A DNA stretch of 64,000 nt from an uncultured Planctomycetota bacterium (GTDB lineage Bacteria; Planctomycetota; JACOTG01; JAUIME01): contig CAZQZX010000001.1 of the NCBI GenBank assembly GCA_964597885.1, positions 9,849 through 73,848 of the forward strand, read 5' to 3'. A program made the translations under genes and the position numbers. Below, piece by piece: positions 36,643 through 46,514 of the stretch (positions within the stretch are counted from its first letter, which is position 1; every line of letters starts with the position of its first letter). The notes below the pieces were generated by a model that made no database searches, was not told where the DNA came from, and saw nothing but the letters and a program-made list of their open reading frames with translations.

Positions 36643-39642
36643 CTACTTCCGGATGTCGACCTCGATGGTGACTTCGAGATCTTCCTCTTGCAGACGCACC
36701 GTGCCACGGTAGAGCGGCACCCGATCCATCTTCGAATAAGCCCCGATGTCGGCCATGTTCGATGGCAGTGCCGGAATCTCGAGGATGTACTCGCCCGGAG
36801 CGATGTCCCGCATCGCGAACTTGCCGGTGGGCTGCACCATCCCCACTCCGCACTGGTATCGCGCGGCGTCGATCGCGGCATCCATGTCGAGCGGATCGTA
36901 GTCTTCGGGGCCGGGACCGCCAGGCCGACGGAGCGTGACGAGCTGCGCGATTCCGGGTGCGAAGTTCGAGATCGTGCCGCGGACGTTGAGGCCGGTGCCG
37001 AGGATGAACTCGATCTCCTTGGTCTCGCCGGGCTCGATGGTGAACTGACGCTGCCGATAGCGGAACGAACCATCGACCGCCATCTTCGACATGTCGGTGA
37101 CTGCGAGCGAGTACGACCCGGGGCCGAGACCTTCGAACGTGAACGTGCCGTCCGTTCCGGTGTTCGCCATCTTCATGGGGCCGCTCCCCATGAGCTGCGT
37201 CATGACGCCCATGAGACCCTTGCCGTTCTCGAGGACGCGTCCACGCACCGTCGCGCCGGGGTGGAGGACCAGATCGGGAACGGTGACTCGGGCGCCCACT
37301 GCGACGCGCACGATCTCCTGCTGCGAGGGTGCGACGCCTTCCTTGCTGGCGGACACGCGGTACTCGCCCGGTTCGAGCGGACCGGCCCGGTAGATCCCGC
37401 CGGTGTTCGTGCTGACGGAATCGGTGTCGCCGAGCAGCCCGGGCATGAACCGCTTCATGGCTTCTGCGGTCTTGTCGGTGCCGATGCGGCTCACGGAGAC
37501 CGCGGCTTGCGACGCGACCGTACCGTCAGCATGGAGGACGCGTCCCGCGACGAACGCTCCGCTGGCCAGCAGGATCTCGATGCCCTCATGGACGGACCTC
37601 GGCTCGAGGAAGAGCTCGCCGGAAGTTCCCTCGGCATAGCCGGGAGCCTTGGCGATGATTTCGACGCGACCGGAGGGCGCGGCAGGAATCTCGAACGTGC
37701 CGTCCTCGCGTCCCTCGATCCAGTTCTCGCCGGGACGGAGGGGGTTGAACAGCTCGGTCACGTCGAGCTCGGGCTCGGCGTCGGAGATGCGGCGCGCGCA
37801 CACCTGGAAGCCCCCGTTCGGCGGCACCCCGTCGGGAGTCAGCACCAGGCCCGAGACGACGGCCGGCCGCGGCAGCGTGATGACGATGTCGCGCGAGCTT
37901 CCGGTGGTTTCGACGGCCTTTTCGTCGAAGCCTTCCTGCTTGGCCTCGAGCTTCACGAAACGATCCTCGAATCCTTCGAACGAGAAGGCTCCGTCGGCGC
38001 CGGTCGTTTGGGTCTCGACCTTGCGAAAGTCGGTCTGGAGACACGAGGCCTCGACGCGGATTCCCTCGAGCGGCCCGCCCGTCTCGTCGACGACGCGGCC
38101 GGTCAGGAGTCCCTTGGCACCGCCGGCGCCGACGATGAGCTCGATGCCGGTGACCTCTCCTTCTTCGGGGACCTCGACGTTCGTCCCGCCGACGTCGAAC
38201 ATCATGTAGGGATTCTGCTCTCCGGCGACGAGCGTGACCTTGCCCGGAGGGAGATGCTCGAAGACGAAGCGGCCTTCGTCGTCAGTCGTCTCCGTCGTGA
38301 TGCCGGCGACGGACGCGGTCGAGACGCCGCCCGAGATCAGATCGACGTAGCTCGGGATCACCGTCACGCGTTCCTCGGGTGCTGGCGTCCGGTCCGGGCG
38401 CAGAACGATTCCGCGCAGGGTCCCGCCCTGGGTCATCGTCAGATCGACGCGGCGTTCGCGCTCGCCATCCGCGAGTGTGATCCCGGTGGCCTGCGCCGGG
38501 GCGAAGTCGCCGGAGCGTGCGAGGAGCGTGAACTCCCGATCGTAGGGGATTCCCAGGATCCGGTAGCGCCCGTCGTCATCGGTCGCGGCTTTCCACTCGG
38601 TGGCCATGTCCGCGATGACGCCGGTGTTCCCGGAGAAGATCTCGTTGAGGAAGGATGAAGGCACGCCGCTCAGGCCGGCACCGACGACCGGTGTCCCGTC
38701 GCTCGCGGTGACCCGACCGAACAGGACGCCGCCGCGCGTGACCTGGAAGTCGACGCCGTCGGCATCGACGCCGCGCTCGGGCACGACGTGTCGCGCGAGG
38801 TTCAGGGACAGGCCGAGGAACTCGGTGCCGCCCGACCTCGGGACGACGCGATACTCCTGCTCGAGGAGTCCGACGAGCGAGTAGCTTCCGTCGGGGCGGA
38901 CCACTGCGCGAGGACCGCGGATGGTCTCGCTGAACGCGCCTTCGTCGGGTCCGACCGGGCTCGCGACGACGATCATGCCGGCGGCGGGCACTCCGGTACC
39001 GGCTTCGAGGACCTCGCCGCGGATGGCGAAGCCCACACCGAGCGAGATCGTCAGCCGGATCTCCAGCTCGCCGCTGTCGTGAACCGAACGGATCGCGGTC
39101 GACAGCCCGGGGCCTCCGGCGATCAGCGTGCCGGGAAGATCGACCTTGCGAAGCTCGAAGGCGAATGCGCCGTCGTCGCCGGTGCGTACGGTCTGGGCAT
39201 CGAGGAGGGCGTCGCGGATCTCGGCGGGTGCGAGCGTGGTGTCGATGGTCTCGTCGAGCAGCAGAGCGTCGTGCGTTCGCGACGCGAGCATCGGCCGCGG
39301 CGTCGGCAGGAAGCGCACGAGCGCTCCGGGGAGAGGATCGGACGTGGCCGAGGAAAGCACGGTGCCGACCAGGCGGATCCGGATCCCGTCGTCGAGGAGG
39401 CGGTCGCGCTCGTCGGCCAGCTCGGCGCGAGCGTTCGCCGCGCTGTCGGCCGCGGGATCGAACGGTGCCGGAGCGGCCGAGTCGCCCGATCGGGCGGGCG
39501 TCGCGGGGTCGGTCTCGCCGGACGTCCCGGGCGCGCGCAGGAATAGCAGCACGGCGACGGCGATGCCGGCAAGAAGCACCAGGCCCGCGAAGAGAAGGTA
39601 GAGCGACGCATTTCCGGCTTGTCGGTCGTACGCGTGCTTCAT
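36643..39642 (-). CDS. Membrane-anchored protein with tandem carboxypeptidase-regulatory-like (Cna-B/transthyretin-like) repeats
   Basis: Repeated G.V....G.P..GA.V and TD.DG.F...L.PG.Y units; AAGGAG SD. Confidence 0.85.
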   Translation of the reverse strand: MKHAYDRQAGNASLYLLFAGLVLLAGIAVAVLLFLRAPGTSGETDPATPARSGDSAAPAPFDPAADSAANARAELADERDRLLDDGIRIRLVGTVLSSATSDPLPGALVRFLPTPRPMLASRTHDALLLDETIDTTLAPAEIRDALLDAQTVRTGDDGAFAFELRKVDLPGTLIAGGPGLSTAIRSVHDSGELEIRLTISLGVGFAIRGEVLEAGTGVPAAGMIVVASPVGPDEGAFSETIRGPRAVVRPDGSYSLVGLLEQEYRVVPRSGGTEFLGLSLNLARHVVPERGVDADGVDFQVTRGGVLFGRVTASDGTPVVGAGLSGVPSSFLNEIFSGNTGVIADMATEWKAATDDDGRYRILGIPYDREFTLLARSGDFAPAQATGITLADGERERRVDLTMTQGGTLRGIVLRPDRTPAPEERVTVIPSYVDLISGGVSTASVAGITTETTDDEGRFVFEHLPPGKVTLVAGEQNPYMMFDVGGTNVEVPEEGEVTGIELIVGAGGAKGLLTGRVVDETGGPLEGIRVEASCLQTDFRKVETQTTGADGAFSFEGFEDRFVKLEAKQEGFDEKAVETTGSSRDIVITLPRPAVVSGLVLTPDGVPPNGGFQVCARRISDAEPELDVTELFNPLRPGENWIEGREDGTFEIPAAPSGRVEIIAKAPGYAEGTSGELFLEPRSVHEGIEILLASGAFVAGRVLHADGTVASQAAVSVSRIGTDKTAEAMKRFMPGLLGDTDSVSTNTGGIYRAGPLEPGEYRVSASKEGVAPSQQEIVRVAVGARVTVPDLVLHPGATVRGRVLENGKGLMGVMTQLMGSGPMKMANTGTDGTFTFEGLGPGSYSLAVTDMSKMAVDGSFRYRQRQFTIEPGETKEIEFILGTGLNVRGTISNFAPGIAQLVTLRRPGGPGPEDYDPLDMDAAIDAARYQCGVGMVQPTGKFAMRDIAPGEYILEIPALPSNMADIGAYSKMDRVPLYRGTVRLQEEDLEVTIEVDIRK

Positions 39643-39983
39643 CGTGATTCTCCTTCGCAACCCGGCCCGGACCGCCGTTCCCATGAGGACGAAGGCAACC
39701 GCTATGCCCTCGAGTCTCCGGTATTCGTCCGATTTGCGGGAATGTCGCAACGCGGGCGGCCTCATCTGCTTGTACGGCCGAGCGATCCGGACCTTTCCCC
39801 GGGACGACAGCAGGGCAACGGAGGCCCGTGTCGACCGAAGCGGCGAGACTGGCCCACGCGGGTCAATTTCGCACGGGAACGACCGGTCGTCGACCTCCCG
39901 GCGGCGCCCTTCGAAAACTACCCTCTGCGCAGCCGGCGGAAACGAGGCCCATCGCCGGAGAGACGAACCCGACGAGGCCGAGG

Positions 39984-40820
39984 ATGCCCGAGCTACCGGA
40001 AGTGGAGCGCGGACGGCGAATCGCGGAACGAACCGCGGTGGGCCGTCGCATCGAACGCGTGCGCTGTGACGACGACCCGATCGTGTTTCACGGCGTGACG
40101 CCCCGTTCGTGTCGCCGGGCTCTTACCGGGGGGGAGGTCCGCGGGACCGGCCGACACGGGAAGTATCTCTGGCTCGAGCTCGACTCTCGGCCGTGGCCGG
40201 TGATCCACTTCGGGATGACGGGCGCGCTGCGTGCGAAGGACGAGCCGCCGCTCCAGCTCGAGTCCGGGCCCGACGAGTCGCCGGGGGCCTGGCCTCCGCG
40301 ATTCTCGAAGCTGCATCTCTTCCTGGACGACGGCGGTGAGCTCGTGTTCACGAACGCGAGACGCCTCGGTCGCGTGCGGATGGTGAACGACCCGCGCGCC
40401 GAGTCTCCGATTCGTGACCTCGGGTTCGACCCGCTGCTCGACCTGCCGTCCGCACGCGACCTCTCCGCTGCGATCGGCCGGCGTACTGTCACGCTGAAAG
40501 GGCTGCTGCTCGATCAGTCCTTCGCGGCCGGTGTCGGAAACTGGATCGCGGACGAGGTCCTGTACCAGGCCGGGCTCGACCCGCGTCGCCGAGCCTGCTC
40601 CCTCGATCCCGACGAGGTGCGGCGACTGCGAACGAAGCTCGGGCATGTCGTGCGGACCGCGGTCCGCGTCGACGCGGACAACCGAAGGTTCCCGAAAGGG
40701 TGGCTCTTCCACCGTCGCTGGCATCGCGGAGGATCGGACGTCACCTCGGACGGGCTGTCGATCCGTCGGGATACCGTCGCCGGTCGGACGACCGCCTGGG
40801 TACCCGAACGGCAGCGCTGA
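39984..40820 (+). CDS. mutM: Fpg/Nei DNA glycosylase, zinc-finger-less type
   Basis: MPELPEVE, RHGK, HFGMTG, H2TH GVGNWIADEVL; no C-terminal CxxC pairs. Confidence 0.88.
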   Translation: MPELPEVERGRRIAERTAVGRRIERVRCDDDPIVFHGVTPRSCRRALTGGEVRGTGRHGKYLWLELDSRPWPVIHFGMTGALRAKDEPPLQLESGPDESPGAWPPRFSKLHLFLDDGGELVFTNARRLGRVRMVNDPRAESPIRDLGFDPLLDLPSARDLSAAIGRRTVTLKGLLLDQSFAAGVGNWIADEVLYQAGLDPRRRACSLDPDEVRRLRTKLGHVVRTAVRVDADNRRFPKGWLFHRRWHRGGSDVTSDGLSIRRDTVAGRTTAWVPERQR

Positions 40821-40919
40821 CGCTAGCCGCTGGTGGACGCCGCGCCGCGACGATAGAATCCCCTCGGGCTGCGGCCCCTGGAGAATGAGCGGGTACGAAG
40901 CGGATCGGAGTCCGAGGGC

Positions 40920-43067
40920 ATGAGTCGCATCGTGGTCCTGGGCGCCCTGCTGCTGCTGGTCGCCGGGCTTGGGAATTTGTGGAACGCACCGGGCGCTCTC
41001 GCCGTCTCGACCGAGGAGTCGAGCGCGTCGCAAGGTGCGCGAGTCGGAGTGGACGTCGAGCGCGTCTACCCCCGGCTGCGCTTTCAGCGGCCCGTCTTTC
41101 TGACGCACGCGGGGGACGGGAGCGGACGCGTCTTCGTCGTCGAGCAGCACGGCGTCGTGCACGTCGTCCCGGATGCGGAAGATCCCGTCGCGGGCTCCGT
41201 GTTCCTCGATATCTCGGATCGCGTCAGCCGGATCGGAAACGAAGAGGGCCTGATCGGGCTCGCGTTCCATCCGAGATTCGAGGAGAACGGAACGTTCTTC
41301 GTGCACTACTCGTCCTCGGCGAAGGACCGCACGGGAGTGGTCTCGAGATTCCGCGTCGCGAAGGACGATCCGAACCGCGCCGACCCGAAATCCGAAGAGG
41401 TGATCCTCGAGCAGCCTCAACCCTACCGCAACCACAACGGTGGGATGATCGAGTTCGGCCCCGACGGATTCCTTTACATCGCCTTCGGCGACGGCGGGTC
41501 GGCCAACGATCCGAACAACAACGCGCAGAACCTGACGAACTGGCTGGGCACGATCCTGCGTATCGACGTGGATCGCAAGGAAGCCGGCCGGGCGTACGCA
41601 GTGCCGGAGGACAACCCCTTCGTCGGGCGTGAGGACGCGCGTCCGGAGATCTGGGCCTACGGTCTTCGCAACGTGTGGCGATTCTGCTTCGACCCGGAGA
41701 ACGGCGATCTCATCGCGGCCGACGTCGGGCAGGATCGGTTCGAGGAGATCGACCTCATCGAGAAGGGCGGGAATCACGGCTGGCGCGCCTACGAGGGCGA
41801 CCACCGGTTCTTCCGTCGCACGCGGATTCCACCCGAGGAGCACGTGATTCCGATCGCCGAGTACGGCCGCTCGGACGGCATCTCCGTGACGGGCGGGTTC
41901 ATCTACCGCGGATCGCGTCATCCTGCGCTCGCCGGGCGATACTTCTACGGCGATTACGTGTCCGGGAATCTGTGGAGCCTCGAGCGCGATGCGAAGGGCG
42001 AATGGAAGTCGACGCTCGAGCGACGTACCGGCAAGAGCATCGCGTCCTTCGGCATGGACGAGGACGGCGAGATCTATCTGCTGAGCTTCGACGGAGGCGT
42101 GTATCGAATCACGGCGTCGAACGAGCCGGTGGCGGATCCGCTCGCGGGCTGGCCCGAGAAGCTCTCCGAGACGCGGCTCTTCGCCTCGGTCGAAGGCCAC
42201 GTACCGGCCGGGGATCTGATCCCCTACGAAGTGAATGTCGGCTTCTGGTCGGACCGCGCGCAGAAGAAGCGCTACATCCATCTGCCCCGTGGCGGGAAGA
42301 TCGGCTTCCGTGCCGAGGGGCCGTGGGAGCTGCCGGTCGGCGCGACGATCGTGAAGACTTTCATCGGGAACGATTTCGGGCGCGAACGGATCCTCGAGAC
42401 GCGCTTGATCAAGCGAACGGCCGAAGGATGGGAAGCCGCCTCGTACATGTGGGATCGCGATCAGAAGGAAGCGCGGCTGGTTCCGGAAGGATCCCAGTTC
42501 GAGCTGATTCATCGCGGTGGCGTCGACACGTGGCATGTCCCGTCGGTATCCGAGTGCGCCGCGTGTCACACCGACTCGGCGGGCTTCGTGCTCGGCCTGA
42601 CGACGGCGCAGCTCAACCGACCGGGTGCGGAAGGCGGAACCAACCAGCTCGTCGAGTGGTCGGCGCGACGCCTGCTCGATCCCCCGGTCCCCGACGCCTC
42701 GAAGCTTCCGCGGCTGGCGAGTGCGAAGGACGAGAGTCGACCGATCGGGGCGCGTGCGCGCGCGTGGCTCGACGTGAACTGCGCGATGTGCCATCGCCCC
42801 GACGGCCCCGGCAACGCGGCGATCGACCTGCGATACGAGACGTCGATCGCCGACACGGGGACGCTCGACGTGCCGCCCGCCCAGGGCGATCTCGGTCTGC
42901 CGAACGCTCGCATCGTGGCGCCGGGCGCGCCGGGACGATCGGTGCTGGTCGAGAGGGTGCGCACGCTCGGCGCCGGTCGCATGCCGAATCTCGCCTCCAA
43001 CCTGGTCGACAGCGAAGGCGTGGAACTGCTCGAGCGATGGATCGCGACCCTGAAGCGGGACCGATGA
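40920..43067 (+). CDS. Exported glucose/sorbosone dehydrogenase-like beta-propeller fused to a diheme c domain
   Basis: NHNGG, GDGG, YGLRNVWR, DVGQ..EE; CAACH and CAMCH; RMP. Confidence 0.88.
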   Translation: MSRIVVLGALLLLVAGLGNLWNAPGALAVSTEESSASQGARVGVDVERVYPRLRFQRPVFLTHAGDGSGRVFVVEQHGVVHVVPDAEDPVAGSVFLDISDRVSRIGNEEGLIGLAFHPRFEENGTFFVHYSSSAKDRTGVVSRFRVAKDDPNRADPKSEEVILEQPQPYRNHNGGMIEFGPDGFLYIAFGDGGSANDPNNNAQNLTNWLGTILRIDVDRKEAGRAYAVPEDNPFVGREDARPEIWAYGLRNVWRFCFDPENGDLIAADVGQDRFEEIDLIEKGGNHGWRAYEGDHRFFRRTRIPPEEHVIPIAEYGRSDGISVTGGFIYRGSRHPALAGRYFYGDYVSGNLWSLERDAKGEWKSTLERRTGKSIASFGMDEDGEIYLLSFDGGVYRITASNEPVADPLAGWPEKLSETRLFASVEGHVPAGDLIPYEVNVGFWSDRAQKKRYIHLPRGGKIGFRAEGPWELPVGATIVKTFIGNDFGRERILETRLIKRTAEGWEAASYMWDRDQKEARLVPEGSQFELIHRGGVDTWHVPSVSECAACHTDSAGFVLGLTTAQLNRPGAEGGTNQLVEWSARRLLDPPVPDASKLPRLASAKDESRPIGARARAWLDVNCAMCHRPDGPGNAAIDLRYETSIADTGTLDVPPAQGDLGLPNARIVAPGAPGRSVLVERVRTLGAGRMPNLASNLVDSEGVELLERWIATLKRDR

Positions 43068-43092
43068 CCGAAGCGCGGCTTCCGGCGAGAGG

Positions 43093-43827
43093 CTAGCGGC
43101 GCTCTTCGATCGCCAGCTTCGCGAGCTCGTCGACGCGTTCGTTCAGCTCGATGCCGGCGTGACCCTTCACCTTGACGAGGGCGAGGTCGTCGAACTGGGA
43201 GGCGACTTCGCGGAGCGCGGCGACGATCTCCTTGTTCTCCTTTGCCTTCCAGCCTCGCGTGAGCAAGCCGATCACGTAGGTCGAATCGCTGAACACGCGG
43301 ACCGGCAAGGAGCGGTCCTTGATCGCCTCGAGAGCGATCCGCACCGCCTGCAGCTCGGCGATGTTGTTCGTCCCGTGGTCGCCGAGGTACTGCGAGATCT
43401 CGCGTCGGTTGTTGCCGAAGATCAGGACGACGCCGGCGCCCATCGGGCCGGGGTTCCCGAAGCACGCGCCGTCGGTGTAGACGACCACCGCGCCGTCCGG
43501 CACATCGCTCTCATCGGCCATCTTCGCGACCGTGCCGGCGCTCGACGGAAATCCGCCGACCGGCCCGACCCCGCTCGAGCGGGCACCCGACGAGGAAGAA
43601 GAAGAGCTCCGCGTGGATTTCTTCTTCGTCTTCTTCTTGGCCGCTCGCGCCGCGGCGATGCGGCTCTCGTCGATCTCCGACACGGCGCTGGCTCGCGCCG
43701 AGTACTCGCGATCGTCGTTCTCGCGGTACCGGATCTTCACGACGCCGTCCCGGACCACGAGCTCGCCCTGCTCGTCGACCTCGGCGTAGACCTTCCCATC
43801 CTTGAACATCATTCGTTTCCAGCCCAT
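43093..43827 (-). CDS. rnhA: Ribonuclease HI with N-terminal extension
   Basis: YTDGACFGNPG, TNNIAEL, SDSTY, VKGHAG..NERVD. Confidence 0.92.
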   Translation of the reverse strand: MGWKRMMFKDGKVYAEVDEQGELVVRDGVVKIRYRENDDREYSARASAVSEIDESRIAAARAAKKKTKKKSTRSSSSSSSGARSSGVGPVGGFPSSAGTVAKMADESDVPDGAVVVYTDGACFGNPGPMGAGVVLIFGNNRREISQYLGDHGTNNIAELQAVRIALEAIKDRSLPVRVFSDSTYVIGLLTRGWKAKENKEIVAALREVASQFDDLALVKVKGHAGIELNERVDELAKLAIEERR

Positions 43828-43895
43828 GTCGGGCATGCTAGCACACGGAGGGCCACCGCTTTTCATCGGGGCCGCGATCCTTCACAATGAGCCCC

Positions 43896-44534
43896 ATGGC
43901 TACCCTGATCCTGGTCCCGACCGCCTTCGAAGCGGAGCGCCTGAGCGCGCTCGGTGGTTTTTCGATTCCGGCGTGCCGAGTGGAGCTCTGCGGCTTCGGC
44001 GCCATCGCGGCGGCGGCGAGGACCCGCTCGGTGCTCGCGACGGGCTCGTGGGATCGCGTGATCCTTGTCGGGCTTGCCGGCACTTTCGACGAGAGCCGGG
44101 CGCCGGTCGGCGAGGCGCGGTGGTTCTCGGAAGTCGCGATCGACGGGATCGGCGTCGGTGAGGGGCCGGAGGCCGAGGGAATCCGGGCGACGGGGTTCCC
44201 GATGTGGGAGCCGACCGACGGCCCCGCGATCGTCGACCGAATCCCGCTCGCGTCCTCGGACGTCCGCTGCGAGCGAGCCTCGGGTGTGCTGCTCTCGACG
44301 TGCGCGGCGTCGAGCTCGGACGACCACGCGGCGCTTCGCCGGGAGCGTTTCCCGGATGCCGTCGCGGAGGACATGGAGGGATTCGGCGCGGCCCTCGCGT
44401 GCAGCTTGGCGGGCGTGTCCCTCGAGGTCGTGCGGGGGATCTGCAACCGCGTCGGCGATCGGGACCACGCCGGATGGCAGATCGACCGCGCGCTCGAGGC
44501 CGTGCTGCGCGCTCTCGACGAATCGGCGGAGTGA
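43896..44534 (+). CDS. mqnB: Futalosine hydrolase
   Basis: PT..E, CGFG...AA, GLAG, AEDMEGF, RGICNRVGDRD...W. Confidence 0.85.
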   Translation: MATLILVPTAFEAERLSALGGFSIPACRVELCGFGAIAAAARTRSVLATGSWDRVILVGLAGTFDESRAPVGEARWFSEVAIDGIGVGEGPEAEGIRATGFPMWEPTDGPAIVDRIPLASSDVRCERASGVLLSTCAASSSDDHAALRRERFPDAVAEDMEGFGAALACSLAGVSLEVVRGICNRVGDRDHAGWQIDRALEAVLRALDESAE

Positions 44535-44630
44535 ACCGAATCACGGAAGAAGATCGATACCGGCGTCGTCCAACCGATGTCCGGAAGTTTGCCCTCCCGG
44601 ATCGATCCGGGGGCGGAGAGGAGACGTGAC

Positions 44631-45242
44631 ATGAAACATCGCCTGCTTGCGGCGGGAGCCCTGCTGGCCACGGTATTCGCCTCGGCCGGCTTCGTGATGC
44701 AGGACAACCGAGCCCCGACTTCGGGCCTGATCACGCTGTTTGCCGAGGACGATCGGACGTGCTCGTTCAGCTTCGAGGACGGCGACTTCGGGCCGATCAT
44801 CGATAACGTGCTGCGGCTCGATCTCGCGCAGATGGTCTACCACCGCTACGAGCCGGGCCGCCTGTCGTTCGGGCTCGTTCGCAACGAGAAGGTCAACGTG
44901 GTCGACCTCGGGGACGTGCGCGTCGACTCCGGCGCCCAGCCGACGGACGTGGCCGTCCGTTCCCCGATCAGCGTGTTCCACTCGCTGTTCCTCGACCGCC
45001 GCCGCATCTTCTACACCGATGCGGAGGGACGACCCAAGCACTACGGCGTCGGACAGAAAGTCATGAACACGTTCGACCGCGAGGGAGTCCAGCATCTGGA
45101 TCCGGTCGTGGGGCACACGTATCTCGTGCGCTATCGGCTGGCGCCGCTCGGGCGCGGGCAGGACGGCCGGATCGTTCGGCTGCACGTCATCGACGTCGAG
45201 CCGGGCCGCTTCGTCACGCTCCGCTGGGGCTTCGTGGACTAG
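44631..45242 (+). CDS. Hypothetical exported protein
   Basis: GAGGAG SD; signal peptide; beta-rich body. Confidence 0.65.
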   Translation: MKHRLLAAGALLATVFASAGFVMQDNRAPTSGLITLFAEDDRTCSFSFEDGDFGPIIDNVLRLDLAQMVYHRYEPGRLSFGLVRNEKVNVVDLGDVRVDSGAQPTDVAVRSPISVFHSLFLDRRRIFYTDAEGRPKHYGVGQKVMNTFDREGVQHLDPVVGHTYLVRYRLAPLGRGQDGRIVRLHVIDVEPGRFVTLRWGFVD

Positions 45243-46401
45243 CGAGGGGCGCGGAGAGCACCGCGTCGGCGGCGCGACGGACGGCGAGGGCGTTTCGATC
45301 CCAGCCTTCGTAGCGGCGCGCATGCTCGAGGCCGACCGCGCCCCGGCGATCCCGCTCGGCTGCCGGCAGGGCGAGCAGCTCGTCCATCGCGCATGCAAGA
45401 TCGTGCGCGCTCCCGGCGGGGACGACGAGGCCTCCGGTCTTCGCGACGGTCGCGGCTTCGTCGAATGCCTCCGTGACGACGGCGGGTCGACGGAACGCGC
45501 GCGCGAGGTTCAGCACACCGCTCTGCGAGATCGCGTGATAGGGCAGGGCGACGATGTCGGAGGCGAGGAAGAGGCTCGCCACTTCTCCGAGCGGCGCGTA
45601 GCCCCGACGGATCCGGATGCGATCGTCCGCGCACTCGATCTCCCGGAGCGCGGCCGCCCAGCCCGGCGTTCGATGCGCGTGCGTCTGGATGAGCAGAACG
45701 GCTCGCGGCCGGTCCTCGCGCAGCCGGGCGAAGGCGTCGAGAAGTACCTGAAGGCCCTTGTCGGGGCGAAGTCGTCCGAAGAAGAGCACCGCCTCGGCGT
45801 CCGGCGGCAGATCGAGCGACTCTCTCGCCTGGGCGCGCGTTCGCGTGACGTTCGCGAAGGATTCGTAGGGCCCGTGCGGCGCTTCGAAGATCGGTCGGCC
45901 GTCGAGGTCGATATCGGCGAGAAGGCGCTCTCGTTCGCGGCGATTGCCCACCACGAATCCATCGGCGAGTCGGTACAGATCGTGGATGCGGGCGATATCG
46001 ACGGGCAGGGTCGCGGGTGGCCGGACGTTGTGGATCGTCTGCAAGATCGGGATTCCCCGCAGCCGCAGATCGGTCATCCAATCCCGGAAGAAGTCGGCGT
46101 TCAGTCCGACGGTGTTGCCGACCTGCACGTTCACCAGATCGATGCTCGGTTCGACCAGGCTTTGCGTGATCGCGTCGGCGCTGGCCGCGTGAGCGAGGTC
46201 GAGGCACGGCTCGATCGACGGCACGGCGGCCCGGACCAGCTCGTCCGGCGTCTGATCCGTGAACGTGAGGAAGCGAACGTCGAAGTGGGCGCGGAGGGGG
46301 GCGTACAGGTGCGCGACGTAGTGGCCGAGCCCGCCGTCGGCGTTCGTCACGATCGCCATCGATCGTTTCGCATCGGCCGTCCGTCGCTCGTTCCCGATCA
46401 C
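45214..46401 (-). CDS. GT4-family glycosyltransferase
   Basis: LFFGRLRPDKG, ASDIVALPY, SQSGV; AAGGAGG before GTG. Confidence 0.88.
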   Translation of the reverse strand: MIGNERRTADAKRSMAIVTNADGGLGHYVAHLYAPLRAHFDVRFLTFTDQTPDELVRAAVPSIEPCLDLAHAASADAITQSLVEPSIDLVNVQVGNTVGLNADFFRDWMTDLRLRGIPILQTIHNVRPPATLPVDIARIHDLYRLADGFVVGNRRERERLLADIDLDGRPIFEAPHGPYESFANVTRTRAQARESLDLPPDAEAVLFFGRLRPDKGLQVLLDAFARLREDRPRAVLLIQTHAHRTPGWAAALREIECADDRIRIRRGYAPLGEVASLFLASDIVALPYHAISQSGVLNLARAFRRPAVVTEAFDEAATVAKTGGLVVPAGSAHDLACAMDELLALPAAERDRRGAVGLEHARRYEGWDRNALAVRRAADAVLSAPLASPRSPSGA

Positions 46402-46514
46402 TCCTGCTCCCTCCTTCCCGTGTGCCTCGGCTACCGAAGTCTGCCAGACGGCGCACGGGGATGCAACGCGCATCGGCGTCACGATTCCGGAAGACGAGGG
46501 TGCGGCGGTCGATC

